A stretch of 64,000 nt of DNA from an uncultured Alphaproteobacteria bacterium (lineage in GTDB: Bacteria > Pseudomonadota > Alphaproteobacteria > HIMB59 > GCA-002718135). Of the stretch, positions 30,439 to 42,104 are shown in pieces (the first letter of the stretch is position 1; each line of letters begins with the position of its first letter). The stretch covers positions 2,466-66,465 of the forward strand of contig CACGNZ010000005.1 of the NCBI GenBank assembly GCA_902574475.1, in the 5' to 3' direction. Below the pieces are notes generated by a model. It had not been told where the DNA came from and made no database searches. It saw only the letters and a program-made list of their open reading frames with translations. The translations under genes were made by a program, and so were the position numbers.

Positions 30439-30825
30439 ATGATTTATGGTAATGGGATTGATATTATTGATATTAGCAGAATAAAAAGAGTAATAGATAA
30501 ATATGGCAATCAATTTAAAAAAAGATGTTTTAGTATTTCTGAGATAGAAAGATCAGAGAAAAGATTAAATTCTGTAGAATCTTACGCAAAAAGATATGCT
30601 GCTAAAGAAGCTTGCGCTAAAGCTTTAGGAACAGGTTTAGCTAGAGGTGTATTTTGGAAAGACATTGAAGTTGAAAATAATCAATATGGTAAACCATTTA
30701 TAAAACTTCATGGTAAAGCAAATGAAATTTATAAAAATATTAATAAAATTTCAAATACAAAAATCGAAGTATCACTTTCTGATGAAAAAAAATATGCAAT
30801 AGCAAATGTGATAATTTATGACTAA
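30439..30825 (+). CDS. acpS: Holo-ACP synthase
   Basis: GIDII, YAAKEACAKALGTG, VSLSD. Confidence 0.96.
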   Translation: MIYGNGIDIIDISRIKRVIDKYGNQFKKRCFSISEIERSEKRLNSVESYAKRYAAKEACAKALGTGLARGVFWKDIEVENNQYGKPFIKLHGKANEIYKNINKISNTKIEVSLSDEKKYAIANVIIYD

Positions 30826-31552
30826 AGCAAAAAAAAATAGTTTTTTTGGTAATTTGAAATCAATACTAATTGCAATTTTTATAGCATTATTAATTAGGTC
30901 GTTTATATTTGAGCCATTTAATATTCCTTCTGGATCAATGAAACCCAATCTTCTTGTTGGAGATTTTATTTTTGTTTCTAAATATTCTTATGGTTTTTCA
31001 AGACACTCTCTTCCATTTTCAATACCTTTGATACCTGGAAAAATATTTTCAAATAAGCCTGAAAGAGGCGACGTAGTAGTTTTTAAAACTCCTGAAAATA
31101 ATAGAACTGATTATATTAAAAGAGTAATTGGTATACCTGGTGATAAAATTGAAATTAAAAATGGAATTATTTTTATTAATGGATCAGAGATCTTAAGAAA
31201 AAAATTAAGTGATTTTTTAGATACAGATAATAAAACGAGTAAAAAGAGAGTCAGGATGTATAGTGAATATTTCTACAATAAAGAAATCAATATACTAGAT
31301 ATAACAGACAATGGTATAGCGGATAATACTCAGCTTTTTAATGTTCCAGAAAATCATTTCTTTGTAATGGGTGATAATAGAGACAATTCACAGGATAGTA
31401 GATTTATAAATACCGTTGGATTTATTCCTTATGAAAATTTAGTTGGTAAAGCACAATTTATTTTCTTTTCTTTAGAAAATGCAAGATTTCTGCAGATATG
31501 GAAATGGCCAAATTCAATTAGATACAAAAGAATTTTTCAAAAAATTCAATGA
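30818..31552 (+). CDS. lepB: Signal peptidase I
   Basis: IPSGSM, DYIKRVIG, GDNRDNSQDSR. Confidence 0.97.
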   Translation: MTKAKKNSFFGNLKSILIAIFIALLIRSFIFEPFNIPSGSMKPNLLVGDFIFVSKYSYGFSRHSLPFSIPLIPGKIFSNKPERGDVVVFKTPENNRTDYIKRVIGIPGDKIEIKNGIIFINGSEILRKKLSDFLDTDNKTSKKRVRMYSEYFYNKEINILDITDNGIADNTQLFNVPENHFFVMGDNRDNSQDSRFINTVGFIPYENLVGKAQFIFFSLENARFLQIWKWPNSIRYKRIFQKIQ

Positions 31553-32256
31553 TAGACAGTAAAAAACTCAAAATATTTGAAAAAAAAATAAATTACAAAT
31601 TTAAAAATAGTAAATTATTAATTCAATCCTTAACTCATCCAAGTTTTTATTTAGAAAATGAAAAAAATATTAAAATAAATGAATTTGAAAGATTTGAATT
31701 TTTAGGTGATCGAGTATTGGGATTAATAATAGCAAATTTATTATTTTCGAAATATAAAAAGTTTAATGAGGGTGATTTATCTAAAAAATACTCTTACTTA
31801 GTTCAAAAAAAATTTTTATTTAAGATTTCACAAGAATTAAAAATAGAAGATGTGCTCCAATACAATTTTAAGAAAAAAAATAGTAAAATGTTAAATTCAA
31901 TTTTTTCAGATTCAGTTGAATCATTAATTGGAGCAATATTTATAGATGGTGGATATAATCCTTCATTTGATTTTATAAATAAATTTTGGTCAAAATCTTT
32001 AGATATTGAAGTTTCTAAAACCTTAGACCCAAAAACATTATTACAAGAAAAATCACAACAACTTTATAAAAAACTTCCTGAATATAAATTAATCAAAAAA
32101 GAAGGACCGCCTCATTCACCCACATTCACTGTTTCAGTTAAAGTGGTAAATTTAAATAAGATTAATGCAAAAGGTTCTTCAATAAGAGAGGCAGAGAGAA
32201 ATGCAGCAGAAATTGCATTAAAAAAAATTAATGAAAAGAAAAATATTAAAAATTAG
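31549..32256 (+). CDS. rnc: Ribonuclease III
   Basis: ERFEFLGDRVLG, ESLIGAIFIDGG, C-terminal dsRBD. Confidence 0.96.
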   Translation: MIDSKKLKIFEKKINYKFKNSKLLIQSLTHPSFYLENEKNIKINEFERFEFLGDRVLGLIIANLLFSKYKKFNEGDLSKKYSYLVQKKFLFKISQELKIEDVLQYNFKKKNSKMLNSIFSDSVESLIGAIFIDGGYNPSFDFINKFWSKSLDIEVSKTLDPKTLLQEKSQQLYKKLPEYKLIKKEGPPHSPTFTVSVKVVNLNKINAKGSSIREAERNAAEIALKKINEKKNIKN

Positions 32257-33088
32257 TCTTGTCGGTAAGACTAATGCAGGTAAATCAACTCTATTAAACA
32301 ACCTTGTTGGTGAGAAAATTTCAATAACAAATAAAAAAATTAATACTACTGAAGATTTTGTTATTGGTATTGTTAATATTAAAAATACTCAATTAGTTCT
32401 ATATGATACACCTGGTATCAGCTTTCTTAGAGACAATAAATCACAAAAAAATAAACTGAAGAGAAATTTATGGGAAGGCTTAAATCAATCAGATATTATT
32501 TTGTATTTAATTGACTCAAAAAGAATTGAATTAAATGATTTAAAAAATGATTTTCCTAAACTTTATGAATTAAAAAAAAATATTTCAATTATTTTTAATA
32601 AAACCGATTTGATAAAAGCAGAAAATTTACTTAAGCATATAAAATTAATTACAGAAAAATATAAAATTGAAAAGTTTTTTAATATATCAGCTAAAAAAAA
32701 ATTAGGTTTTGAAAATTTAATTGATTATCTTTTACAAAAATCAAAATATGGAAAGTGGCAATATAAGGATGATGAAATCACAGACAAAGATGATATTTTT
32801 ATTACTAATGAATGTACAAGAAATGAGATACTATCACTCATTCATAAAGAAATTCCATATAATATAGAAGTAACTAATAAAACTTTTAAATATCTGAAAA
32901 ATGGACAGTTAAAAATAAAGCAAGATATTATTATTAAGAATGACAGATACAAAAAAATCTTATTAGGTAGAAAAGGATCTAAAATAAAAGATATTAGAAT
33001 AAAAAGTCAAAAAGAAATTTCTAAAATTTTAGATGTAAAAACTCATCTTTATATCAATATTATTTCATCAGATGCAAAAAAAATTTAA
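32231..33088 (+). CDS. era: GTPase Era
   Basis: GKTNAGKST, DTPG, NKTD, EIPY, KH domain. Confidence 0.93.
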   Translation: MKRKILKISLVGKTNAGKSTLLNNLVGEKISITNKKINTTEDFVIGIVNIKNTQLVLYDTPGISFLRDNKSQKNKLKRNLWEGLNQSDIILYLIDSKRIELNDLKNDFPKLYELKKNISIIFNKTDLIKAENLLKHIKLITEKYKIEKFFNISAKKKLGFENLIDYLLQKSKYGKWQYKDDEITDKDDIFITNECTRNEILSLIHKEIPYNIEVTNKTFKYLKNGQLKIKQDIIIKNDRYKKILLGRKGSKIKDIRIKSQKEISKILDVKTHLYINIISSDAKKI

Positions 33089-33788
33089 CGGTATACTTAT
33101 ACATTCAAAAGTTTTTAAAGATAATGATCTATTAATTAAATTTTTATCAGATACCGATGAGGTATTCTCAGGAATTGTATATGGGGGACTTTCAAAGAAT
33201 AAGAAAAACATAATGCAACTTGGTTTTTTTTTAAATTTAGATGTGACATACATTGGGAGTCGCCCACCATCAATAAAAGCTGAATTATCAAAACCTTATT
33301 TATCAAGTGTTATTAATGATAAATATAAACTAAGCTGCCTACTTTCTGTTGTGTCTTTAATCAATGCCTCAGTAATCGAAGGGCAGAAAATAAACCAAAT
33401 ATATAAAATTTCTAAAGAGTTTTTAGAAATTATGATTAATAAAAAAAAATGGTTAAATTTTTATTGTATCTACTTATTTGATTTACTTAAATATATTGGA
33501 TACGAATTGGATTATTTTAACAATAACAGATTCAAATATTTTGATACAGATACTTTAGAATTTAAAGAAAATTACTCAAACTATACTATTGATTTTCCTC
33601 ATCATCTTTTTGTAAAAAATTCAAATATTGCATTCGATTATAACTCTTTAAATAATTTTTTTAAAATTTTTGAGATTATCTTTATCAAAAATCATTTATC
33701 AAATTTAAATCATAAATTGCCAAATCAGTATATTTTATTTAAGAAAAATATAATCAGTTTTTTAGAAAAAAATGAACAAGATAATTGA
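33072..33788 (+). CDS. recO: DNA repair protein RecO (divergent)
   Basis: N-terminal OB-like region (GIVYGG); position after era. Confidence 0.75.
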   Translation: MQKKFNGILIHSKVFKDNDLLIKFLSDTDEVFSGIVYGGLSKNKKNIMQLGFFLNLDVTYIGSRPPSIKAELSKPYLSSVINDKYKLSCLLSVVSLINASVIEGQKINQIYKISKEFLEIMINKKKWLNFYCIYLFDLLKYIGYELDYFNNNRFKYFDTDTLEFKENYSNYTIDFPHHLFVKNSNIAFDYNSLNNFFKIFEIIFIKNHLSNLNHKLPNQYILFKKNIISFLEKNEQDN

Positions 33789-35968
33789 ATCTAATTTAGA
33801 TACCATTCTTAGTGAAAAATATCTTTCTTATGCAATATCAACTATCGTTTCAAGGTCGTTACCTGATGTAAGAGATGGTTTAAAACCTGTTCACCGCAGA
33901 ATAATTTATTCAATGTATCAACTAAAACTTTTCAAAAGTTCAAGTTATAAAAAATGTGCAAGAATTGTTGGTGATGTGATGGGTAAATTCCATCCTCATG
34001 GCGATCAAGCTATTTATGATAGCTTAGTAAGAATGGCGCAGGATTTTTCTACAAGAATTACATTAGTGGATGGCCAGGGTAATTTTGGAAATATTGATGG
34101 TGATAATCCTGCAGCAATGCGATACACTGAGGCAAGACTGCAAGATTATACAAATTATTTTTTTGATGGTATCGAAGAAAACTCTGTAGATTTTAAAGAT
34201 AATTATGATGGTCAAAATTTAGAACCAGTGGTTCTACCATCTCAACTTCCTAATATTTTAATTAATGGAGCCATGGGAATAGCTGTGGGAATGGCTACAA
34301 ATATTCCTCCTCATAATATTGTTGAATTAATTGATGCATTAAAATTAATAATAAAAAAAGATAGAGCTTCCCTAACTGAAATTTTAAAAATTATAAATGG
34401 ACCAGATCTACCCACAGGTGGTGAAATAATTTTAGATAGTAATGAAAAAAAGCAAATTTATAAGAATGGCAAGGGCTCATTTAATATTAATGCTAAATAT
34501 CAAATAGAAGAATTAAAAAATGGTTTGTATCAAATCATTATTACTGAAATTCCATATCAAGTTAATAAAGTTAAGATAATCGAACAACTGGCTAATAACA
34601 TCAATAACAAAAAATTACCATTGGATGATGTAGTTGATGAGTCAGATGAAAATATTAGAATTGTCTTAAAACCAAAGACCAGAAATATTGATGCTGAAAA
34701 ATTAATAAGCCTATGTTTTAAATTAACTGACCTATCAATTAAGTACTCTTGTAATTTTAATGTTTTAATTGATGGTATAGAGCCTAAACAAATTGGAATT
34801 ATTGAAATACTTTCTAATTTTTTAGAACATCGAAAAGTTACAATTAAAAGAAAATCAAAATTTAATATAGAAAAAATTAAAAAGAGACTAGAAATTCTTA
34901 AAGGTTATCAAATCGTCTTTAAAAATTTAAATTCTATAATAAAAATAATAAGAACAAAAGATAATCCCAAAAAAAGAATTAATTAAAAAATATAAATTAT
35001 CTGATTTACAATGTGATTCAATTTTAAGTATGCGTTTAGGATCTCTTAGAAAGATTGATGAAAAAAATATTAAAGATGAAATCCAAAAATTAAATGAAGA
35101 ATTAAAATACCTTAACAAATTAATAAAAGATAAAAAAACATTAGATAAATTTATAGTAAGTGAATTAGATCTTATAAAAAATGATTTAGATAGTGATATA
35201 AAGGATAGAAAATCTGTAATTTCATCAGAACAAAATAATAATACTGATATTAGCATTGATGAATTTAAAGAAATTGAAAAATTTACCATTATTATTAATA
35301 AAGATTTTCAGCTCAAGAGGATTAAAGTGATAACTGATGAAAAGGAAATTGAAAAAATAAAAAAAGAAAATCTATTTTTAGTTAATTTAAATTCAAATCA
35401 AAAAATACTTTTGTTTGTTTCTTCTGGTAAAGTTTACACGATAGATCCAAATATTTTACCAGGTGGAAATAGTAATCCTAAATCATTTATTTATTTTGTC
35501 GATAGTATGCCAAATGATAAGGTTACTGGATTACTTTCATCAATCGATGAAGAGCTCTTAATTGTATCCAAAAACGCTAAAGGATTTATTAGTAATACTG
35601 AATCTCTTGTAACTAATCAAAAGAAAGGCAAGCAATTATTTAATTTAAAAAATAATGATATCGTAATTAAAGTATTAAATCTTACAAAAAAACATATTGC
35701 TTGTGTTACAAAGTTGCAAAAAATGCTAATTTTTGAAATAGATGCTTTGCCAAAATTACAAAAGGGTGGGGGAGTTCAATTAATTAAAATCAAGAAAGAT
35801 GATTTTTTATCGGATGTCACTCAATTAACCATTGAAGATGGTTTAGAATGGAGCACTGGTTCTAAAAATAGAAAATTGGATGATGTTGAGTTTTGGATTG
35901 GAAAGAGAGCTCAGGCTGGAAAAAAAGTTCCTAAGTTTTTCAATAAAAATCAGAAATTTGATGGTTAA
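33772..35968 (+). CDS. parC: DNA topoisomerase IV subunit A, interrupted by a one-base frameshift in an A7 run (34969-34975)
   Basis: DGLKPVHRR, HPHGD, AAMRYTE; removing one A joins ...DNPKK to ELIKKYKLSDLQCDSILSMRL and the C-terminal domain. Confidence 0.92.
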
Positions 35969-36019
35969 TTTTATTTATTTAAATATATTTAAGTTTACTA
36001 ATACAATTTAATCATAAAT

Positions 36020-36523
36020 ATGAAAAATCTTTCTGCCTTTTTAAATATTGTAAATAGATACGCAGGATACTTGTGTGCTTTTCTAGTTGTTCTAATGGTT
36101 GTTAATGTTTTTTTAGTAGTAATACTGAGATACTTATTTGGAATTAGTTTTATATGGATGCAAGAAACATATGTATGGATGCATGCTTATATTTTTATGG
36201 TTGGCGCCGGTTTTACTTATCTAAATGATGATCATGTCAGAATTGATATAATTTATAGAAACTCATCTAAATTATATAAAGCAATAGTAGACTTAGTTGG
36301 CAACATTTTTTTATTATTACCTTTTTTATATATTATTTGGTCTTACAGCTTTCCCTTTGTATTAAAATCTTGGCAAATGAATGAGGTATCTAGAGAAGCT
36401 GGAGGTTTAACAATGATCTATTTGCTCAAGTTAGCAATTTTGATTTTTGCTTTTCTATTATTTATTCAAGTTGTTTCAAAAATTATAAATAATTTTTTAA
36501 ATCTTAATTCCAATGAGTCCTGA
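36020..36523 (+). CDS. dctQ: TRAP transporter small permease
   Basis: 4 TM, HVRIDI. Confidence 0.9.
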   Translation: MKNLSAFLNIVNRYAGYLCAFLVVLMVVNVFLVVILRYLFGISFIWMQETYVWMHAYIFMVGAGFTYLNDDHVRIDIIYRNSSKLYKAIVDLVGNIFLLLPFLYIIWSYSFPFVLKSWQMNEVSREAGGLTMIYLLKLAILIFAFLLFIQVVSKIINNFLNLNSNES

Positions 36524-37886
36524 AATTTTAGCAATAGTAATGTTTTTAACAACATTGTTGTTTTTGTTATTTGGTTTTCCAGTTGCTTTTACTTTAGCAG
36601 GTTCATCTTTAATTTTTGCCTTTTTAGGAGATTTACTTGGAGTTTTTAATTTTAAAATGCTGCTTTTCTTTCCTCAAAGAATCTATGGAGTAATGATTAA
36701 TGAGGCTCTAGTTGCGGTACCTTTGTTTATCTTTATGGGAGTCATGCTAGAAAAAACTAAAATTGCTGCTAAACTTTTAGAATCAATTGGAGATTTGTTT
36801 GGTTCAGTTAGAGGTGGATTAGGAATTGGAGTAGTATTAGTCGGAATGTTATTAGCTGCCTCAACAGGTATAGTAGGGGCAACAGTAGTAACAATGGGTA
36901 TGCTAGCATTACCAACGATGCTCAAAGCAGGTTATGATGAAAAGATAGCTACTGGAACAATTTGTGCTTCTGGAACACTTGGACAAATTATTCCACCATC
37001 AATTGTTTTGATACTACTTGCTGAAATGTTGCAAGGTGCTAACGAAGAGGCCGGTCTTTTGAGAGGTGATTTGGCACCTTTACCTGTTACAGCAATTGAT
37101 TTATTTGCAGGCGCACTATTGCCTGGGTTAATGCTTGTTGGTTTTTTTATTATCTACATTTTGTTTATTGCAAGAATAAGACCTCAAGATTTGCCTCTTA
37201 AGAAAATTGACAAACCAAGATTGGAAATTTGGAAAACTGCTTTTTTTGAAGTTCTTCCTCCTATATTTCTAATTTTAGCAGTGCTTGGTTCAATTTTTTT
37301 AGGTATTGCCACACCTACTGAATCAGCTTCAGTTGGAGCAGTTGGAGCTGCAATACTTGCCTTATTAAGAAGAGATTTAAATTTAAAGAATATATCTGAC
37401 GCAGCAATTACAACCGTAAAAATGAGTTCGTTTGTATTTATTATTTTAATTGGCGCTTCAATGTTCTCTCTTGTCTTTAGGGGTTTCCAAGGTGATGAAA
37501 TGATAAGTAATTTTTTAACCAATATACCTGGCGGTGAATATGGAGCTCTTATTATTGTCATGCTAACAATTTTTATCTTAGGTTTTTTTTTAGATTATAT
37601 TGAAATAATATTTGTAATAATTCCTCTTGTTGGACCAGGTCTAATTGCAAATGGCGCAGATCCCTTATGGCTTGGAATTTTAATATCTCTTAACTTGCAA
37701 ACTAGTTTTTTAACTCCACCATTTGGATTTTCATTATTTTTTCTGAGAGGAGTGGCTCCAGAAAATGTAAAAACTTCAAATATTTATAGTGGTGTAATTC
37801 CTTTTATTTTTATACAAATTTTTGCAATTATTTTAGTTTTTGCTTTTCCTGAAATTGCAACATGGTTACCTAGACTTATAAATTAA
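36513..37886 (+). CDS. dctM: TRAP transporter large permease
   Basis: GTLGQIIPPS, ATPTE, TSFLTPPFG. Confidence 0.93.
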   Translation: MSPEILAIVMFLTTLLFLLFGFPVAFTLAGSSLIFAFLGDLLGVFNFKMLLFFPQRIYGVMINEALVAVPLFIFMGVMLEKTKIAAKLLESIGDLFGSVRGGLGIGVVLVGMLLAASTGIVGATVVTMGMLALPTMLKAGYDEKIATGTICASGTLGQIIPPSIVLILLAEMLQGANEEAGLLRGDLAPLPVTAIDLFAGALLPGLMLVGFFIIYILFIARIRPQDLPLKKIDKPRLEIWKTAFFEVLPPIFLILAVLGSIFLGIATPTESASVGAVGAAILALLRRDLNLKNISDAAITTVKMSSFVFIILIGASMFSLVFRGFQGDEMISNFLTNIPGGEYGALIIVMLTIFILGFFLDYIEIIFVIIPLVGPGLIANGADPLWLGILISLNLQTSFLTPPFGFSLFFLRGVAPENVKTSNIYSGVIPFIFIQIFAIILVFAFPEIATWLPRLIN

Positions 37887-37888
37887 AA

Positions 37889-37914
37889 AAAGAGGTCTTA
37901 AGGAAGACCTCTTT
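37889..37914. terminator. Bidirectional intrinsic terminator between dctM and dctP
   Basis: AAAGAGGTCTT-AAGG-AAGACCTCTTT between convergent genes. Confidence 0.8.
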
Positions 37915-37931
37915 ATAATATAATTTACGAT

Positions 37932-39044
37932 TTATACTGAATCAGGAAATTTGAATGGTAAATCTCTGATACGTGAGAATTCTTGCTCACCTTTTGTAAA
38001 CCATTCTTTGATTACCTTTCTAAAAGATAACAAATGATTTGATAGAGATTTAGTTTCAGCATTAATCGAACCTCTTTCAAAAACAACTTCACCTGCTGCA
38101 TTACCAAGAGCTACTAATACTTCATCAGGAAAAGTTTTAATTTGTACATTATGTTCATTTACAAGTCTTTGTAATGCAGGACCATTAATTGCTTGGAAAC
38201 GACTAAAGACAGTCATATTAAAAGATTTAGCAAGATCATCAATCAAGCTTTGAGTATCAGCATCTAATGACTCCCAAGCTTTAAGGTCGATTGATAAATC
38301 TAAAAGTGTAGATGGTTCATGCCAACCAGGTCCATAATAGTATTTTGCTGCTTGATATAAACCTGCTCCTAAGTCTGCAGCAGGACAAATCCACTCTGCA
38401 GCATCTACAGCGCCCGAAGTTAATGCAGGTAGTATGTCTCCTCCTGCAAGCAATACTGGAGTAGCTCCTAATTTTTCAATTGTTCTACCACCCAATCCAG
38501 GCATTCTCATTTTAAGACCTTTGTAATCATCAGGCGTATTGATTTCTCTATTAAACCAACCACCCATTTGGTTACCAGTATTTCCCATTGGTAAAAACTT
38601 TACTCCTAGAGCATTGTAGATTTTATCAGCTTCTTCAATACCGCCACCATAATAACACCATGCATTTTGTTCCATTGCATTCATTCCAAATGGACAAGTT
38701 GCTACGAACTCAATCGCATCAGAAAGGTTTGGCCAATAATAAGGTGCTCCATATGCTGCTTGAGCTGCACCAGATCTTACTGCATCTAATGCTTCTAAAC
38801 CTGGAACAAGTTCACCAGCATGATAAACCTTAACTTTAAGTTTTTCAGAGTAACTATTGATGTTGTCTCCAAAAGCCTGAATTGCTTGCCCAAGAACTCC
38901 AGCTTTACCAAAAGCACTACAAATGATCCACTCTTGATGACCGCCAGCTATTGCTGGAGCTGCTAAAGTAGAAGCACCAACTGCAGCCGCACCTGCTACA
39001 CCGGCTTTCTTTAGAAACTCACGTCTTTTTAAATTTTTTTTCAT
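37932..39044 (-). CDS. dctP: TRAP substrate-binding protein (TakP/alpha-keto-acid type) with Tat signal
   Basis: GGGAGGA RBS before ATG 39044, RREFLK twin-arginine, GNTGNQMGGWF, GLKMRMPG, PGWHEP. Confidence 0.9.
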   Translation of the reverse strand: MKKNLKRREFLKKAGVAGAAAVGASTLAAPAIAGGHQEWIICSAFGKAGVLGQAIQAFGDNINSYSEKLKVKVYHAGELVPGLEALDAVRSGAAQAAYGAPYYWPNLSDAIEFVATCPFGMNAMEQNAWCYYGGGIEEADKIYNALGVKFLPMGNTGNQMGGWFNREINTPDDYKGLKMRMPGLGGRTIEKLGATPVLLAGGDILPALTSGAVDAAEWICPAADLGAGLYQAAKYYYGPGWHEPSTLLDLSIDLKAWESLDADTQSLIDDLAKSFNMTVFSRFQAINGPALQRLVNEHNVQIKTFPDEVLVALGNAAGEVVFERGSINAETKSLSNHLLSFRKVIKEWFTKGEQEFSRIRDLPFKFPDSV

Positions 39045-39171
39045 ATGTCCTCCCAAGATAATATGAATTAATGTCTGAGATTTATACAAAAATCGTATTT
39101 GTATCAATTTCTAATGGTATTAAATATTAACAAAATTTACTAAATCAAACCTCTAAAACTAGAAATTACTT

Positions 39172-40347
39172 TTAAAAACTGGATATTCCAGTCTGATTTT
39201 TTCCTAAAATTAATGAATGAATATCTTCTGCACCTTCGTAAGTTTTAACAGTTTCTAAATTAACCAAATGTCTCATGATATGATATTCTTCTAATAAGCC
39301 ATTTGCCCCAAGCATATCACGAGCATTTCTAATTATGTCTAAAGATTTTTTACAGTTATTTTTTTTTAAAATACTAATTGCATTAATGATATTTTTTCCT
39401 TCATCTAAAGCTTTAGAGCTTAAAAGACATGATGCCAGTCCTAGATTTATCTCTATTTGCATTTCAGATAATTTTTTTTGAATTAATTGATTTGATGCTA
39501 AAGGTTTTTTAAACATAATTCTATTTTCTACATAGTCTTTTGCAATTAACCAGCATTCAGATGCTGAACCCAATACACCCCAGCTAATTCCAAATCTTGC
39601 TTTATTTAGACAACTAAAAACTGATTTCCATCCTTCGGTATTTTCTAAACACAAATTATTTGGAACAAAAACATTATTTAAAATTATTTGCCCAGTTGGA
39701 CTGATTTTTAAGCTCGTTTTATTTTCTATTGTTGAAGTATTTAATCCTTCAGTATTTTTTTCAATTATAAAACCTTTGATACTTTTGTGATCTTTATTTT
39801 CTTCAATTGCCCAAATAATAAATATATCAGCAATTGGTGCATTCGTAATCCAGTTTTTAGATCCATTTAAAATATATCCATCTTTAGTTTTTTTAAATGA
39901 AGTTTTCATTGAAGCAGGATCAGAACCAGCTTCGCTTTCTGTTAAACCAAAGCAACCAATTTTTTCTCCTTTAATTAATTGCGGAAGGTATTTATCTTTT
40001 TGTTCCTGAGATCCAAATTCATTAATTGGATGTATCACCAGTGAAGATTGAACAGAAATTGAAGATCTGTAGCTGCTATCTATTTTTTCAAATTCATATG
40101 CTACAAGTCCATATGCTAAATTAGATGTACCAGAACCACCGTGTGTTTTAACTGTTTGCCCTAAAACTCCAAGTGATCCAAATTTTGGATAGAGGTCTAG
40201 ATCAAATTCATTTTTTCTATTCCTTTCAACTACTATAGGTTTGAGTTCATTATTACAAAAATCCCTAACATTTTTCTGAATATTACTTTCTTCTTCACTT
40301 AAATGACTTTGAATATAAAATGGATCAAACCAATTATTTTCTTTCAT
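39172..40347 (-). CDS. gcdH: Acyl-CoA dehydrogenase, glutaryl-CoA dehydrogenase-like
   Basis: DSSYRS, SVQSSLV, CFGLTE, RDMLGANG, TYEG. Confidence 0.85.
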   Translation of the reverse strand: MKENNWFDPFYIQSHLSEEESNIQKNVRDFCNNELKPIVVERNRKNEFDLDLYPKFGSLGVLGQTVKTHGGSGTSNLAYGLVAYEFEKIDSSYRSSISVQSSLVIHPINEFGSQEQKDKYLPQLIKGEKIGCFGLTESEAGSDPASMKTSFKKTKDGYILNGSKNWITNAPIADIFIIWAIEENKDHKSIKGFIIEKNTEGLNTSTIENKTSLKISPTGQIILNNVFVPNNLCLENTEGWKSVFSCLNKARFGISWGVLGSASECWLIAKDYVENRIMFKKPLASNQLIQKKLSEMQIEINLGLASCLLSSKALDEGKNIINAISILKKNNCKKSLDIIRNARDMLGANGLLEEYHIMRHLVNLETVKTYEGAEDIHSLILGKNQTGISSF

Positions 40348-40398
40348 ACAATATTAGCCAATATCATCATTTTAATGTAAATAACCACAAAAATTATT

Positions 40399-40818
40399 AT
40401 GCAAAATAAGAATATATACATTGCCTCGGACCATGCTGGATTTGATCTCAAAACCAAATTGTTAAAGAATTTTCCAAAAATTAATGATTTAGGGACAAAG
40501 ACAGATGAGAGTGTTGACTATCCTGATTTTGCACACAAATTAACTAAAGAGGTTCTTAAGAATAAGAAAAACGTAGGTATTCTAATCTGTGGAACTGGTG
40601 TTGGTATGAGTATTGCAGCTAATAGAAAAAAAGGAATTAGGGCAGGCCTTGCTAATAATTCAAAAATAGCAAGATTGATAAGAAAGCACAATGATGCTAA
40701 TGTACTCGTTTTACCAGGAAGGTTTATAAATACTAGCGAGGCAAAAAAAAGTGTTCAGGCTTTTCTTTCTACAAAGTTTGAGTCAGGACGACATAAAAGA
40801 AGGATTAAAAAACTATGA
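40399..40818 (+). CDS. rpiB: Ribose-5-phosphate isomerase B
   Basis: SDHAG, DYPD, CGTGVG, HNDANVL, GRH. Confidence 0.96.
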   Translation: MQNKNIYIASDHAGFDLKTKLLKNFPKINDLGTKTDESVDYPDFAHKLTKEVLKNKKNVGILICGTGVGMSIAANRKKGIRAGLANNSKIARLIRKHNDANVLVLPGRFINTSEAKKSVQAFLSTKFESGRHKRRIKKL

Positions 40819-42104
40819 TTTCAGATTTGTTTACTAAAGGAATTAAAGAAGCAGACCCAGAGGTTTATGGGACTTTAAGCCGTGAACTAGAAAGACAGCA
40901 AAACCAAATAGAGTTGATAGCATCTGAAAATATTGCTTCAAGATCAATTTTAAATGCTCAAGGCTCTGTCATGACAAATAAATATGCAGAGGGTTATCCT
41001 GGTAAACGATATTATGGTGGGTGTGAATTTGTTGATCAAGCTGAAGAGATTGCTTTAGAAAGAGTTAAAAAACTTTTTAATTGTAAATTTGCAAATCTAC
41101 AACCGCATAGTGGAGCTCAGGCAAACCAAGCAGTCTTTCTAGCGTTACTTCAACCACATGATACTATTTTAGGTATGTCTCTTGCATCAGGCGGTCACTT
41201 AACTCATGGAGCAAAACCTAATCTATCTGGTAAATGGTTTAATGCTGTTCAATACGGTGTAAAAAAAGATGGCAATGATAAAGATTTAATTGATTATGAT
41301 GAAGTTGAAGCTTTAGCTTTGGAGCATAAACCAAAAATGATAATAGCGGGAGCATCCGCTTATCCTAGAACAATAGATTGGAAAAAATTTAGAGAAATAG
41401 CTGATAAAGTAGGAGCATATTTTTTAGTTGATATGGCTCATTATTCTGGTTTGGTTGCTGGTAAACAATATCCAAATCCGATTGAGCATGCCCATGTAGT
41501 AACTTCAACAACTCACAAAACTTTAAGAGGCGCAAGAAGCGCAATGATTTTAACTAATCATGAAGATTTATATAAAAAAATTAATTCTGCTGTTTTCCCC
41601 GGATTACAAGGTGGTCCACTAATGCATGTTATTGCAGCTAGAGCTGTTTGCTTTGGTGAAGCACTTAAACCTGAATTCGAAGAATATATTAAAAATGTAA
41701 TTGCTAGTGCTAAAGTTATGGCAAAAACTTTAGTTGATAGAGGATTTAGAATTGTTACAGGAGGCACAGATTCACATATAGTTTGGTTAGATTTGACACC
41801 AAAAGGTTTAACTGGTGATAAAGCTGAAAAAATTTTAGAAGAAGTTGGATTGGCATGTAACAAAAATGCAATTCCATATGATCCTAATCCACCAAAAATA
41901 ACTAGCGGACTTAGATTTGGTACAGCAGCTGCTACGACCAGAGGTTTTAATCAGAAAGATTTTGAACAAGTCGGAAATATGATTGCTGATATTTTGGATA
42001 GTCTTTTACTTGAAGAAAATGAGAGAAATGTAGTTTTTAATAAAACAAGAAAAGACGTAATTGAGCTTTGTAAAAAATATCCAATTTATAGTGAGGCATT
42101 TTAA
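40815..42104 (+). CDS. glyA: Serine hydroxymethyltransferase
   Basis: [22 protein letters not shown]. Confidence 0.98.
   Translation: MISDLFTKGIKEADPEVYGTLSRELERQQNQIELIASENIASRSILNAQGSVMTNKYAEGYPGKRYYGGCEFVDQAEEIALERVKKLFNCKFANLQPHSGAQANQAVFLALLQPHDTILGMSLASGGHLTHGAKPNLSGKWFNAVQYGVKKDGNDKDLIDYDEVEALALEHKPKMIIAGASAYPRTIDWKKFREIADKVGAYFLVDMAHYSGLVAGKQYPNPIEHAHVVTSTTHKTLRGARSAMILTNHEDLYKKINSAVFPGLQGGPLMHVIAARAVCFGEALKPEFEEYIKNVIASAKVMAKTLVDRGFRIVTGGTDSHIVWLDLTPKGLTGDKAEKILEEVGLACNKNAIPYDPNPPKITSGLRFGTAAATTRGFNQKDFEQVGNMIADILDSLLLEENERNVVFNKTRKDVIELCKKYPIYSEAF

Noticed and set aside
14239-35968. topA and parC as true pseudogenes
   Set aside because: Each has a single homopolymer indel and no other decay, and both are normally essential genes.
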